A stretch of DNA of 63,440 nt, counting the filler, from Octopus bimaculoides (taxonomy: Eukaryota): the NCBI RefSeq assembly GCF_001194135.2. It is 4 parts of 4 records of this genome, joined end to end, with 100 filler letters (N's around TTAATTAATTAA, not from the genome) between each part and the next. Parts side by side here need not be neighbours in the genome. Positions count along the whole stretch, not along the records: positions 1 to 26,493 come from NC_068993.1; positions 26,594 to 41,613 come from NC_069000.1; 2 more parts are not named here. One strand, given 5' to 3'. The translations under genes were made by a program, and so were the position numbers. Below the pieces are notes generated by a model that made no database searches, was not told the DNA's origin, and saw only the letters and a list, made by a program, of their open reading frames with translations. Shown here piece by piece: positions 14,271-26,709 of the stretch. The number at the start of each line of letters is the position of its first letter. Position 1 is the first letter of the stretch.

Positions 14271-15547
14271 TTGACAAGTAACGACGGGACTTCCGTAATG
14301 CGCCAGTGCGGACCTGGATCAATCGCTTAGGGTCATCTAGATCGTATATTGATAGGAGTTTCACTAGGAAAATAGATAGTAAAAGTGTAGGATGCCCACT
14401 TTCTAAAACGGTTGCCCATTCGGACCATCAGTTTGTAATCTGTTCGGTCGACCTAGATAAGACGCGTAGGGTACTAGAAGCTGAACATGTTGTTTCCGGC
14501 ACGTAAGGCATATAGTGACTGGGTCAGCAATTTAGTTAAGCAGAAGTTGACCGCGGTGGGTGTCGTCAACAACAGGTGGTGGATGGCTCTCAAAAGAGAG
14601 ATTAGAGTAATATTGATAGGGTTTAGCAAAGAAATAGCGATAGAAAAAAATAGAAAGGAGGGGTTAGTAGCTAAATTAGAAGAGGCTATTTGTAGTGGCA
14701 TTGCAACCGACGTGCTAGCAGCGAGAATGGCATTAGACCAGTTCTTAAACGCGAACCATGAAGAAGGCTGCATTGTCAGAGCTAAGGCGCATACTCACCA
14801 TGGTCCACCATACAACTTCTTTCGCTACTGCTATCAGACTGAGGAAAATTGAATGCCTTTCCGGACCGATGGAAGGCGGCGGAAACGAGAGGATCAAAGC
14901 TGTTCGATGGGCCCGAGACGGACGTGAGCCAAGCGATTCCAGGCAAACGTGTGAGGGACCTTTCGCCAGCACTTTGCTTGGTCGCTTGGAGAGAGCGTTG
15001 GAGTGGAGACGGTGGCGGACTGTCCCTACATTGACAGCTTGCTGCGTCGCTCAACAGCCGACGCTGAGCGCTGTAAAAGGCACATAACTTCAGCCGAAAT
15101 TCATGATGCCCTTGTCGGTTACACGAGGCGTAAGTCACTCGGTTAAGATGGTCTGCTCTATGAACTTTACGTAAATATGCCAGACTTGTCCTCCGATCTC
15201 CTCGAAGCGTTCTACTGCAACTGGCGGCAGAACGGGAGCATGTAGCAAACATGGCACGTATGAGTGGACCAACTCTAAAAATGTGCCTGTAGGCGAGTGA
15301 ATTTGAGAGGGAGAAGGATGCTCTTCCCAGATGCCCTCGAAGCATCGTGTGGTTCAGGATTGGTGGGGTACCTGAGTCAACTCTAGGTGGTTACCTCTTC
15401 CTATTGGGGAACTTCCATTGTTACATTCCTTTGTTGGATATCACTTTTATTCTTTTAATTGTGTACTCTTTGTTCCTGTGTAAAATCTCTACTGTCCATG
15501 TCTACTGTATTGTCCCCTATATGTCGGCCCTAGTGGCCAATAAATGA
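14271..15547 (+). mobile_element. Tx1/L1-clade LINE remnant (APE end, linker, RT start, internal deletion, 3'UTR)
   Basis: TWINRLGSSRSYIDR..SDHQFV..GYWKLN (end of APE), the linker ORF 14487-14852, a degraded KSPG.DGL-like RT start with YELY and NWRQNG, then a jump to the C-terminus and a 3'UTR ending AATAAA; homologous to the copies at 38-41 kb. Confidence 0.85.
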
Positions 15548-15596
15548 AATAATAATAATAATAATAATAATGATAATAATAATAATAATAATAATA

Positions 15597-15665
<69 letters not shown>

Positions 15666-15684
15666 ATTATTTTTATTATTATTA
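15548..15684. repeat. (AAT)n tract directly followed by (ATT)n tract (self-complementary)
   Basis: About 50 bp of AAT then about 85 bp of TTA, switching near 15598. Confidence 0.95.
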
Positions 15685-16299
15685 GTCAGGAGAAAAATGA
15701 AGGGGATGGCATAATCACGGCCGAGATACCTTTGATGAGAAGTCTGTTTGATAAAAGAAAACAACAACTAAATTTGAAACTTTCTGAGAGGCCTTCTCCT
15801 TTGTTTTGTTTCGTTTGCTTTGTTGTTTGTTTTTTATTTTATTTTTTTCAATTTTGGACAAGTCTACATTCCCAATTATTCGAGTTGTTTGTCAGTTCTG
15901 CGAAAATACTGTTGCCAATGACGAACTGAATTTTTCATACGATGTATTATTCTCTGTGTGTTTTTCTTTTTCTATTACTTATTCTTGTTTATCATAAATA
16001 TTAAATTACTTTTCAAGAAAAAAAAAATTGAGATACAAAATCAAAATCAAAAACGTGATATCTTAAAAAGTCTATATTTTTTTCCTGCTTTATCATCTGA
16101 TATTGAATCAATTTTTTTTTAATCTTGCTCAACAAATGCTGTTAAATACAAGATTAGATATTATTCGCAGTATGATCTTAGAGATAGATACTTATACAAG
16201 TGTCTTCTACGACGGAATTAACAATATTGGATTACTCTACGTAAATATTATGGACACGATATTTTTAACTACTTTATTTCTTTTCTTTGTTTTTTCACA

Positions 16300-16864
16300 T
16301 TTTCTATAGTCGCAGTCATTTGAATGCGGCCATGCCTTCAACTGTTTTAGTTGATCATTCGATAACGGGACCTATTTTTTCTGTTATCTAATGTACATCT
16401 GTTTACGTGTATATTATAGATAGCTTCTATTTCTGCTTATTACAGTCATCAGACTGCAGTTATGCAGGGACACCGCGTTGAAGAATTTTAGGGGAACGAA
16501 TCGGCCCCAGTACGTTCTTTTCATTTTTCGTTTAAACCTGATACATACTTCTTATGTCTCTTTTGCCGAACCACTATGTTACGAGGTTGTAAGCACACTA
16601 ACATAGATTGTAAAGTGGTGGTGGGGTACATACACACGTACATACGCACACACACACACACACACACGCACACACACACAAACAAACACACACACCTGTA
16701 TACGTCGGGATGCTTTCACTCTTCTTTTACCAAGTATACTCACAAGATTCTGGTCGCCCTGAAGCTATAGTTGAAGACACTTGTCCAAAGAGCTACACAG
16801 GGGAATTGGACTCCGAACCATGTGGTCAGGAAGCAAACTTCTAACCACAGGGCTACGCTTGCAT
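16300..16864 (-). mobile_element. SINE family B, reverse copy with internal (CA)n
   Basis: Reverse complement of the family B head (GAAGACACTTGTCCAA, GAACCATGTGG, AAGCAAACTTCT) and of its 3' part. Confidence 0.75.
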
Positions 16865-17532
16865 CTATCTATATATATATCTTCTTTGTTTTATGTTGAT
16901 TTTCCTGGTTCCAATCATTTGACTGCGGCCAAACGGAAGCTATATCTTTACGTATTACAGTCGATCATTCGACCTCAAAATCTAATTTTTCTTTTATCGA
17001 ATGCACAACTGATGTTTGCGTACATACTATGAATATGCACGTTTCTCTAATTATTTTATCTTATTTATCCTATTTGCAGTCAGTAGATTGTGGCCATGAA
17101 GGGGAAACACCTTCCCTGTTTTAGCTCATCATATATAACCAGTAACTAATTTTAGCTATTTATTTTATCCCATGTAAAAGTAATGCATTCGAGCGACGCC
17201 ATTGTTTAAGATACTTGCGAAGTGATATTTCTCATCAAGATTGCATTTAGAGTTGAGAAAATATATTTTATCTCTGTTTTAAATGTCCGTGTCCCTTCGG
17301 TTTGTTCATGACGATCAAGTTCATTGAATATATAGCGATTGTTTCATAACAGAAGTATTTTATAATCTCTCCTATTTTTCTATTCAACCTGTTTACATTT
17401 GCTATCATTTCATTATGATGACTTCATTTCATATTAAATTCCACTATGCATCACTCTTTTCTACCGTTACCAGTAATTCATGCTGCATTCTCCGTAATAT
17501 TTTCCCGACGATATTGCTGTAAAACAAATGTC

Positions 17533-17563
<31 letters not shown>

Positions 17564-18035
17564 NNNNNNNNNNNNNNNNNNNNNNNNNNNNNNNNNNNNN
17601 NNNNNNNNNNNNNNNNNNNNNNNNNNNNNNNNNNNNNNNNNNNNNNNNNNNNNNNNNNNNNNNNNNNNNNNNNNNNNNNNNNNNNNNNNNNNNNNNNNNN
17701 NNNNNNNNNNNNNNNNNNNNNNNNNNNNNNNNNNNNNNNNNNNNNNNNNNNNNNNNNNNNNNNNNNNNNNNNNNNNNNNNNNNNNNNNNNNNNNNNNNNN
17801 NNNNNNNNNNNNNNNNNNNNNNNNNNNNNNNNNNNNNNNNNNNNNNNNNNNNNNNNNNNNNNNNNNNNNNNNNNNNNNNNNNNNNNNNNNNNNNNNNNNN
17901 NNNNNNNNNNNNNNNNNNNNNNNNNNNNNNNNNNNNNNNNNNNNNNNNNNNNNNNNNNNNNNNNNNNNNNNNATATATACACAGACAGACAGACAGACAG
18001 ACACACAGACAGACACACAGACAGATAGATAGATT

Positions 18036-18073
<38 letters not shown>

Positions 18074-19644
18074 AAAATAGAAACATCTGTACACAACATT
18101 TTGGTGTATATGTATGTATGTGTGAGTTGTGTGTGCGTAAGTGTGTGTGTGTGAATGTATACATATATGTAAGTACGATTGAAGGGATAAGAAAAAAGGC
18201 TGAATGAAAATTCTTGAATCTTGACAATTACTGTAACGTCACCTAGACTGAAGGGAACCAAAACTTTCTTGAATATACGGCGGAGGAATGCAAACAGAGT
18301 AAATAATTTAATTTAAAATGTATGAAATTTTTCTTTTAACATCAGGTCATATTATGTGGCATATTTTGTTTGAGATGAGATTACAATTTTTGAAAAGGTG
18401 AAAACTTACTGGAGAAGAAAGGCGAGAAAATTCGCAAAGGAATACCGAGAAAAATATTTCATCCCTATAAAAAGAAATATGGCAGTAATGTAGATCTAAT
18501 TGAATAATATCAATAAAATTTCTATTGAAGGGAAGAAAGTTAAAAACAAATCTAAAATCTAAGTTGCGGCTGCCAAGGAATATTTTTCTATCATTAATTT
18601 TGTTGGTAGTTCAGTTGAGGGAAAAGCTGTGATGAGGTGTAAACAGATTACACGACAAATTCAAGGAGTGAAAAGAGGCTAAATTGCAAGAAAGTAAATA
18701 TTTTAGAAAATGTAAAATTACTAATTGTTTGAAATTATCAGGAGTGTCAATTGCACAAAAAATAATTATTTTAATAATATATTTTCAAACCATTTTTTCT
18801 GTGAAATTGAACCTGATTATCGATTCCTGGTAGATCGGGGTTGTCAACTAATAATGGGAACGAAACATATTTCATTCTATTTTTCATAAAATGTTCAAAT
18901 CTAAAATTATATTATTGTTTTCATACATTCCAGAGGAAGAGTAATGTCACGGATTCATCAGTATCGGAGGTCTACGAGTGCCATGACAATCTCTTCCGGA
19001 GAAAATCGCATCGTCACAGCTGCAGGAACCTGTGCAGGGATGGATTACTAGAGGGATGTTAATTTGGAGAGGAAGAATTCGATGTTGATATTGCAGGGTC
19101 TATGGAGTGGACACAATACAGGTGACAACACAGGAAGTGATAAGTAAATATGTAATACCAAAGTGGAAGAGGTGGCAAGATAACAGTCACTTTCGAAGAG
19201 CAAAAACCGCTGTGAAAATGCCGGACAAAATAAAAAAGGTAAAGAAAGGAGACAACATACTTGTGGTGTAGATGATGAAGTGAATTGATGAGTGATACCT
19301 ATCAATTAGTCAGGTGACCTTTTCTGAATGAGGTCTAGTATGTCTGTTTCAGATACGGGACGAGTATTCTCTTCTAAAGTTCATCTAAAAGGGTTAATAA
19401 TTTTTGAGAGCCACTATATTTTTTGGACCAGTACAAGAAAAGTAGTCTTTGTAATTTTAGCTGTATTAGGTTGAATATTTGTGATTGCTAGTTCATTTTA
19501 TATGCTGAGGTTTTATTTTCGATAGTTCATTATTAGGCTGATGTAGTCCACTGAGGTCGAGCTTGCGTTTCATCCCATCAGGTTCGATAAAGTGAGTACC
19601 AGTTGAGTCCTGGGGTCGATTTAAGCAACATGTCAAAATTTGAA

Positions 19645-20085
19645 ATCATTATTAGATTGAAGTGTGTTCACCAATTCATTACTAGGTTGAAGTTGTGTGT
19701 TCAACATTTCATTGTTTGGTTGATGAGCATGATGAGCATGTATACCAATTTCATTACTAGACTGATGTTGAATGTTCACCAATTCAACGCTAGTTGAAGT
19801 TGTATATTCACCAGTTTATAACTAGTTTGAAGTTCTATATTTACAAGTTCATTTCTAGTTTGTTTGTGTTCTCTTGTGTTGAATGTTCATTAGTTCATTA
19901 CTAGGTTAAACTTGTATATTCATCAGTTCATGACTATAATAAAGTTGTATGTTCACCCGTTCATTACAGGTTTGACGTTGAATATTCACCGGTTCGTTGC
20001 TAGGTTACGACTGCGTGTCCACCAGTTCATTACGAGTTCGAGTTTGTGCGTTTGCCACTTTAATATTAGACTGAGGCTCGTTATT
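19645..20085. repeat. Degenerate 33-bp tandem repeat (minisatellite)
   Basis: Consensus CAGTTCATTACTAGGTTGAAGTTGTATATTCAC, about 12-13 diverged units. Confidence 0.85.
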
Positions 20086-21061
20086 CAGTTTCCACTTCGA
20101 TGGGTGAGCATTCGGGAAGATACTCGGTGACTTGAGAGCCAGCATTTGTAGTAACCTTGAGTGCTTTAGGCATCGCTGTCCAACATTTTAGGAGGAAACG
20201 AATAATGACTACTAAATATATTTCCCCAATATTTTTTTTTCTTTTTAATAAAATTATTGTCTAATTAATCGCTAATATTGGAGTGAAAGTTTCTCTCTTT
20301 GAACCAAGGATATATATTAGATAGTATGAATTATCGACAATTGTTTGTTTTGTTTTTTGAGAAAGTGTTAACTCATTCGGTACGTGGTTGGTATAATGAT
20401 TTGGTATAGGTATTACTCCAAGGTAGAGACGTTCGTTTCACAACTGTAATGGTTTTGGTTTGATTCCACTGCGAGCTATTTTAGACAAGTTTTTACCACA
20501 GCGTTACGTCGATCAAAGGTTTGTAAATAGAATTTGGTGAACGAATATTGTGCTGAAGCTCATCGAAGTAAACTTCTCGATTGTTGAGTGTTAAATCAAT
20601 CCAGGGCTCTTAAAGCCTTTAACTGAATCGATATTACAACCTCCTGTCTTTATATAAACCATGACCACTCCATAAACACTGAATCTTTAAAGTGAAACGG
20701 AAACATAGAGTCACGAACACCATGGCTGATCTTACCAATGATAAACTAAAATTAAACGTGTAAATATATGGCGTTTCTTAAAACAGATATCAAAACGTAA
20801 TCAATAGTATATACATTTCTGAAGGCTACTAAAAATTCGATGAGGTAATTGAAAATACAGCTATTGAAATATTGGTATCAAATTATAAAAGATTATGTTG
20901 TATGTTAGGTGCGAACAAACTATAGATGTTTATTTCAATGTATCAACTTAAACATATCTATAAATACATTTAATTATGTAGGATAATTATCATAACGTGC
21001 TTATATTAGTTTTCTTTTCATTCGTCTAGAGAGAATCCAGATTTTTCACGGAATACTCAGT

Positions 21062-21470
21062 TGCAGATGTGATTGTGTAGTAAAACGCTTGCTTCCTAAC
21101 CACATGGTACTGGGTTCAGTGCCAGCGAGGTAACACTATTGGCAAGTGTCTTTTATTATAGCCCCAGACTGACCAAAGCCAAAGGGTGGGTTTCGTAGAT
21201 GGAAACCATAAGAAATCTGTCTTACACACACACGCACACATGCATGTATGTATGTATGCATGTATGTATGTATGTATGTATGTATGTATGTATGTATGTA
21301 TGTATATATGTATGTATGTATGTATGTGTCTTTGACTCTGTGTTTGTCCCCAGACACTGCTGGAGAACCTGTGTTAAATTGTTTATGTTTGTCATAAAAA
21401 TTATTGGGATTGATTCGTTCGGCCGAAACCTTTAAGGTAGTGCCTTAGCACCTTAGCATTGCCGTAATCC
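21062..21470 (+). mobile_element. SINE family B with internal (TATG)n
   Basis: GCTTGCTTCCTAACCACATGG..GGGTTCAGT..GGCAAGTGTCTT..GTAGATGGAAACC, then a TATG array. Confidence 0.8.
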
Positions 21471-21801
21471 AAGGAGTGAAACACGTGATAGATAAAGTAT
21501 AAAAAAAGATTTGTTAAAACGATTTCATACGAATATATTACTGGTAGTTCCTTTATTCTAGACTGATAATGAACTTTGAAAGAAGATTCCAAAGAGATTC
21601 TACTCAAGGTTGAGCAGAAGATTATAAGCATTTAAATAATTCAAATTCTTCAAATGATTACATTACATAATCTAGATATCCGCAACAAAGCCGTCGTCCA
21701 GGCCCAAATATATAAACCATTTAAGGATGCATTAGACTGAAAAGATAGAAAAGGTACGTAATTGGTAGAAGATTTAAAATCGTACTACAGAAGAGTCATT
21801 C

Positions 21802-22002
21802 TAATATTGGTTTCAAATACTGAAGAGGGGATAAGCCGATTACCTTGACCCCAGTACTCAACTAGTACTTATAATATGAACCCCGAAAGGATAAAAGGCA
21901 AAGTCGACCTCGGCGGAATTTGAACCTAGAACGTAAAGACGGACGAAATGTCACTGAGCATTTTGCTCGGCGTGCTAATTATTCTGCCAGCTCGTTGCCT
22001 TA
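21802..22002 (-). mobile_element. SINE family A, near full length, CpGs retained
   Basis: AAAGTCGACCTCGGCGGAATTTGAACC..ACGTAAAGACGGACGAAATG..ATTCTGCCAGCTCG. Confidence 0.85.
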
Positions 22003-22009
22003 AGGGACA

Positions 22010-23620
22010 TTCTGGTATTGAATACTGTATTCAGCGCTAACCACCCGTTATAAAATACGGCTTTCACATAATTGGAATTTAAGTGTATTGAAGTGCTTAA
22101 ACCTAAAATAGGAACCAAGATGCCACTGACAGTGCTTTGCAGACACCATACCAAAGATAATATACAGAGAATATATATTCTCCGCACATAGGCGGTGGCA
22201 TGAGTTCTGATAAGTATAGAAAAATAATACAAAATAACCACAGTAGGACTACAAGATATATTTGGAGACATGAAAATATCTTTTGCTGTAGATAAAGAAA
22301 ATGAAGAAGTATAAACTGGAAAACTAATACACTAGCATAAAAAGGGAAGAACAAAACAAAAGAAATTGTTTAAAAACAAAGGAAGAAATCAAAGCAGATT
22401 GAAAAAAAATACTGAAGAATCCATGCCATAGCTAATATCCCGGGAGATCTGATAGAGAGTAAACATGTCAGTGTGTTAGACACTTAATTTATCATGATAG
22501 GGAAAAAAGATGTGAGCATCAAGTGTATACAATGAAAAGAGTTGAACACATCTCAGAGTACCTAGTTCTTATCAATCCGAGTTTATTCACACACGCGAGC
22601 ACACACAAACGAGTTGGCAGTTATATGCACTGGGTAATATGCCGACGCTTCGATATAGAAAGTTGACAAATTAATCCTTTCTACTATAGGGGAAAGGAGT
22701 AGTCAATTACATCGACTCTAGTACTCAACTGGTACTTAATTTATTGACCCCAAAAGGAAGAAAGGCAAAGTCGACCTCGGCGGAATTCGAACTCAGAACG
22801 TAGCGACGGGTGAAATACCACTAAACATTTCATCCAACGTGTTCATGATTTTGCCAGCTCGCCGTCTTTAAGCAAGGCTGACATATTAATCATTTATACT
22901 ATAGGCACACGGCCTGGATTTTGTGAGGAGGGGAACAGTCGATCTCATCAACCCTAGTACTCAAATGGTTTTTAATTTATCGACCCCGAAAAGATGAAAG
23001 TCAAAGTTGACCTCGGTGGAATTTGAACTCAGAGCGTAACTACTGGCGAAACGGTTTCAAATTTTGTCACAAGGGCAGCAATTTTGGGGGAGGGGATCAG
23101 TCGATTACATCGACCCCAGTGTTTAACTGGTACTTATTTTATCGACCCCGAAAGGATGAAAGATAAAGTCGACCTTGGCGGAATATAAACGCAGAACGTT
23201 CCAACAGGCGAAATATCACGAAGAATTTTGTCCAGCGCGCTTACAATTCTGCCAGGTCAACACCTTTAAAACAAAGCTGCCATAATAATGGCTACAAGAT
23301 GTACCATGTTGTACTTTCCTTAGGAGTATGTTGACATATACTATATTAAGCATTACAAACGATGTGTCATTAAACATCTGGGTCACGCTATTGTAACTCA
23401 TAAGGAGATCAAAGTTGCGCCTGGATATGATAATCAAGGACTAAAAAGACAATATCTGCATCTCAGAATTACAAGAAACAACATATAGGGCATTAACATA
23501 AAAAAATACACAGCACCAGTAATTATTGGATGTCTAGGTATGATAAAGAGAAACTAATAAAAACATAGCCGAGCTCACAAATTTACATAATTTGCTAGTG
23601 TGTTGTAGCCAGCATTGAGT
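22010..23620 (+). mobile_element. Highly degraded R4/Dong LINE interrupted by three SINEs
   Basis: Broken-frame motifs PVIKYGFHI, RHHTKDNIQRIY and VGLQDI before the SINEs; THKEIK.RLDMIIKD and PVIIGCLGMIK after them. Confidence 0.55.
22671..23256 (-). mobile_element. Three tandem head-to-tail SINE family A copies (22671-22870, 22887-23050, 23053-23256)
   Basis: Each has CCCC(G)AAA(A/G)GATGAAAG..AAAGT(C/T)GACCT(C/T)GG..GAA in the same orientation. Confidence 0.9.
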
Positions 23621-25069
23621 TATCAAGGTTTTGAGATAATAACCTTTTGAGAAAATATTCTAGAGCAGTTGCAACTCATTTTCAAATGAGTGAACTAAAA
23701 AAGAATGCAATTAATAGCTTCGGCCAAGAGTACAAGGTGCTGCACTATTTTGTAGTTGACTGCTCAGTCAACCTTACGATCGCAAATCGAGCAGCGTAAC
23801 CACTTGGCTGTACACTATTATCACAAAGTTGCAGACATAGTTCTACTAGTTCAACGTATATCTCAGACGAGGCTCAGTCAATTGAATACTAGAAAACAAA
23901 CAGTACACTATATGCAGACAACACATGGATATACAAGCATCACCCAAGAAAATATCACTCTTCACTCAACACATAGTCAACACAATGAACAGACAGTAAA
24001 ATAAAATATCACACACACACACACACACACTGGGGTCTGTGTAATCGATTAGCTGTCTCACTCGAAATTGCTGGCCTTGTGTCAAAATTTGTAATCAACA
24101 CAAGGACAAGACCACAGATTTGGCAGAAAGAAGTAACCAATTTCATCGACCCATTACCATTGATTACCATTTCATTTTATTGAACCCGTAGGAAAGACAA
24201 GAAAAGTTGGCCTTAAAGGAATTTGAAATCAGATAAGTTCCAAAAGTAATAGCGGTAGGCGCTTTGTCCGACACGCTGACGGGCCTGTGAACACAAATAG
24301 TAATAGTAATCGTTTCTAACATTGATTCAAAGCCAAAGGAATTTTTGACATTGAGAGGGAATAGAAAAGGTTTTCATCATTCAAATCATCTCCCTCATAT
24401 AACTGGTACTTCATTTGATTACAAACGAAAAAATGAAAGACTAAGTTGATATTTTTACACTTGGTGATTTGAAATCAGTATGTAAAGAGCCGGAATATAT
24501 GTCGCAAGGTATTTTTTTTCTGACGCTCTGACCTATATAATAATTGTTTTCAATAATATAGTCAAGGACTGAAATGTTCGGGGTAGGGATTAGTTCACTG
24601 AATCGACTCACAGCGTGACTATTAACCCATTTGATTGAATTCAGAAGAATGAAATTCAAAATCGACCACAACCGGATACGAACCTTGAACGTAAGGAACA
24701 GAAAGTGATAACGCAAAATAGTTTGTTCGGTGCTCTACCGATTCTGAAGATCTAATAGTAAAAACTAGTTCTAACAAAGGATAGGGCTAGAAATTTCAGG
24801 ATGGAGTTTAGTCGATGATATCGTTCTGAGTACTTGATTAGTACTCTATTTTATTAACCTTGGAATATGAAACGTGAAGTTGATGATGGAGGGACTTGAA
24901 CATGAAGTGGAGAGAGCAAAAACAAATACCGGAAAGTATTTTTCCATGAGCAATAGTAATAAATCACGCACATAAAACACAATCACCAGTCGACACCTTA
25001 ACATAGAACACAACTCACACAAACATATATACATGATATCCTCATCACGTTGGCACGATAACATATAAC

Positions 25070-25135
25070 ACACACAAACACACACTCACACACACAAACA
25101 CACACTCACACACACAAACACACACTCACACTCTC
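25070..25135. repeat. 20-bp CA-rich tandem repeat (ACACACAAACACACACTCAC) x3
   Basis: Direct repeats visible in the sequence. Confidence 0.8.
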
Positions 25136-25687
25136 TCTCACACACACACACGCCAGAGAAACAGCACAATCGTATAACTCAGCTCGCGTAACATATATAT
25201 ATATATATACATAACCCGATCGCCATCAAATACATTAATGATACTCGCACAGCACATGTTCTACACAAAACAGTAAATCAAAACAGCAAATAAAAAAAAC
25301 ACTAGAAGAAAGCAAAGTAAATGTAATAAATAACGCGCAGGTGCAACAGAAGATGCAACAGAAGCTCGCATGAAACTGCTGAAAGTGATCAAAATAATAG
25401 TTGATATTATATTAATATTAATGACATGAATTAAATGTGAACTAACGAAAATTCTCACTATTGAAAATATACTGTTCATATTAAAAATAATCTCGAGTAC
25501 TTAATTATTTAAAAATCGAAAAGTAATTTATTTTCATCATTAAAACTATTAACTAAATTTGTTTACCATTTTAGAAATAGTTTATGAAAATAACCTCAAG
25601 AGATAAAGTAAAATCCCGTGTTTAGTAAGATAGGAAAATTTTATCTACAGTAAGTGTGGAAGAAGACTTAATTCTTAGATATTGAAC

Positions 25688-26084
25688 ATGGATGCCGCAG
25701 GCACGAGTGTAGAAGGCGTTAGCACGAGTACGGAAATGGGCGTGTGAGTTAGGAAGTAATAGGCGCTTCATGAAAGCCGCGGGCGTTAGCATGGAAATCG
25801 AGAGTGCGAGCATGGAATCAGCGAGAGCTCAAGCATCAAACTGCAGGCGTGGGTATGGGAGCAGCAGGAGCGAATATGAAAATAGTGGGCGAAAGCAGGG
25901 AAGCAGCGGCTGCGGGTATGGAAGTTATGAGCCCGAAAATACAAACGGTGGGCGCAAGCAAGGAAGTTATGGGCGCCAGCATCGAAATGCAAGCGCGACC
26001 ATGGAAGTCTTGGGTGCAAGAATGAAAGCCACGCGGTCGTGTTTTGACGTCGCGGACGCGAGCGCTCAAGTCACAGCATACACG
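25688..26084 (+). repeat. GC-rich degenerate 21-bp tandem array, coding-like (heptad MEVAGAS), frameshifted
   Basis: About 19 units, e.g. ATGGATGCCGCAGGCACGAGT, ATGAAAGCCGCGGGCGTTAGC, ATGGAAATCGAGAGTGCGAGC, AAGGAAGTTATGGGCGCCAGC, ATGGAAGTCTTGGGTGCAAGA. Confidence 0.85.
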
Positions 26085-26493
26085 TCGCAGGCGCAGGTAC
26101 AGCTCCCGGTGAAAGTAACAAATATTCACCTAATCTCAAGTGATTAGCTTAATCTTAGGAAGGAGCTTTAATTACCGATCCGTTTAAACACCACCATTTG
26201 TAATCTTGGGTGTCTTTAGCTCTGATCGTTCTCTTTGTTGCACTTGCGTCAGGGCTCCAGTTTCAGAATATCTACTTCTCTCTCCTGCCACTAGTGTTGA
26301 TGAGCCTGTCCAGAGTCGTATCCTCTGCCATCACGAATCCTAACATGGATTGCATCCAGAGGTGGTTGCGTGATAAGAAATCAACTTTTCAACCACATGC
26401 TTCCAGATTCATTCTCCACTGCGAGGTGCTTTGGTCAGGAGCTTTCATATTAGTGGACTTGGTCAACAGAAATTAAAAAAAAACTGTGGTTTA

Positions 26494-26593
26494 NNNNNNN
26501 NNNNNNNNNNNNNNNNNNNNNNNNNNNNNNNNNNNNNTTAATTAATTAANNNNNNNNNNNNNNNNNNNNNNNNNNNNNNNNNNNNNNNNNNNN
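26494..26593. other. Assembly join marker N44-TTAATTAATTAA-N44
   Basis: Exactly 100 bp with a six-frame stop 12-mer; identical at 41614 and 55037. Confidence 0.95.
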
Positions 26594-26709
26594 TATATAT
26601 ATATATATATATATATTGCGGGTCATAAATTGAATAGTAATTCAATTAACATCAATTTAAAACCAAGTGGTCTAGCATATAAAAATCTGAAAATTCAGAA
26701 AAATTGTAT

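Noticed and set aside
15570-15929. Poly-Ile, poly-Asn and poly-Tyr ORFs
   Set aside because: Translations of the (AAT)n/(ATT)n tract
17446-18261. Long ORFs of 166-264 aa, and similar ones at 28561-29122, 56077-57068, 57909-58871 and 60416-61438
   Set aside because: They are open only because they run through N gaps and TA/GATA microsatellites
25770-26147. Reflectin or ice-nucleation-like protein call for the 125-aa ORF
   Set aside because: It lacks the reflectin MD(X)5 Tyr/Arg/Trp-rich motif, and the GYGS similarity arises from an out-of-register reading of the 21-bp repeat
26200-26480. Signal-peptide-like ORF 26210-26476
   Set aside because: There is no ATG start or homology I can recognise; the opposite strand weakly resembles a LINE RT C-terminal remnant, too weak to call
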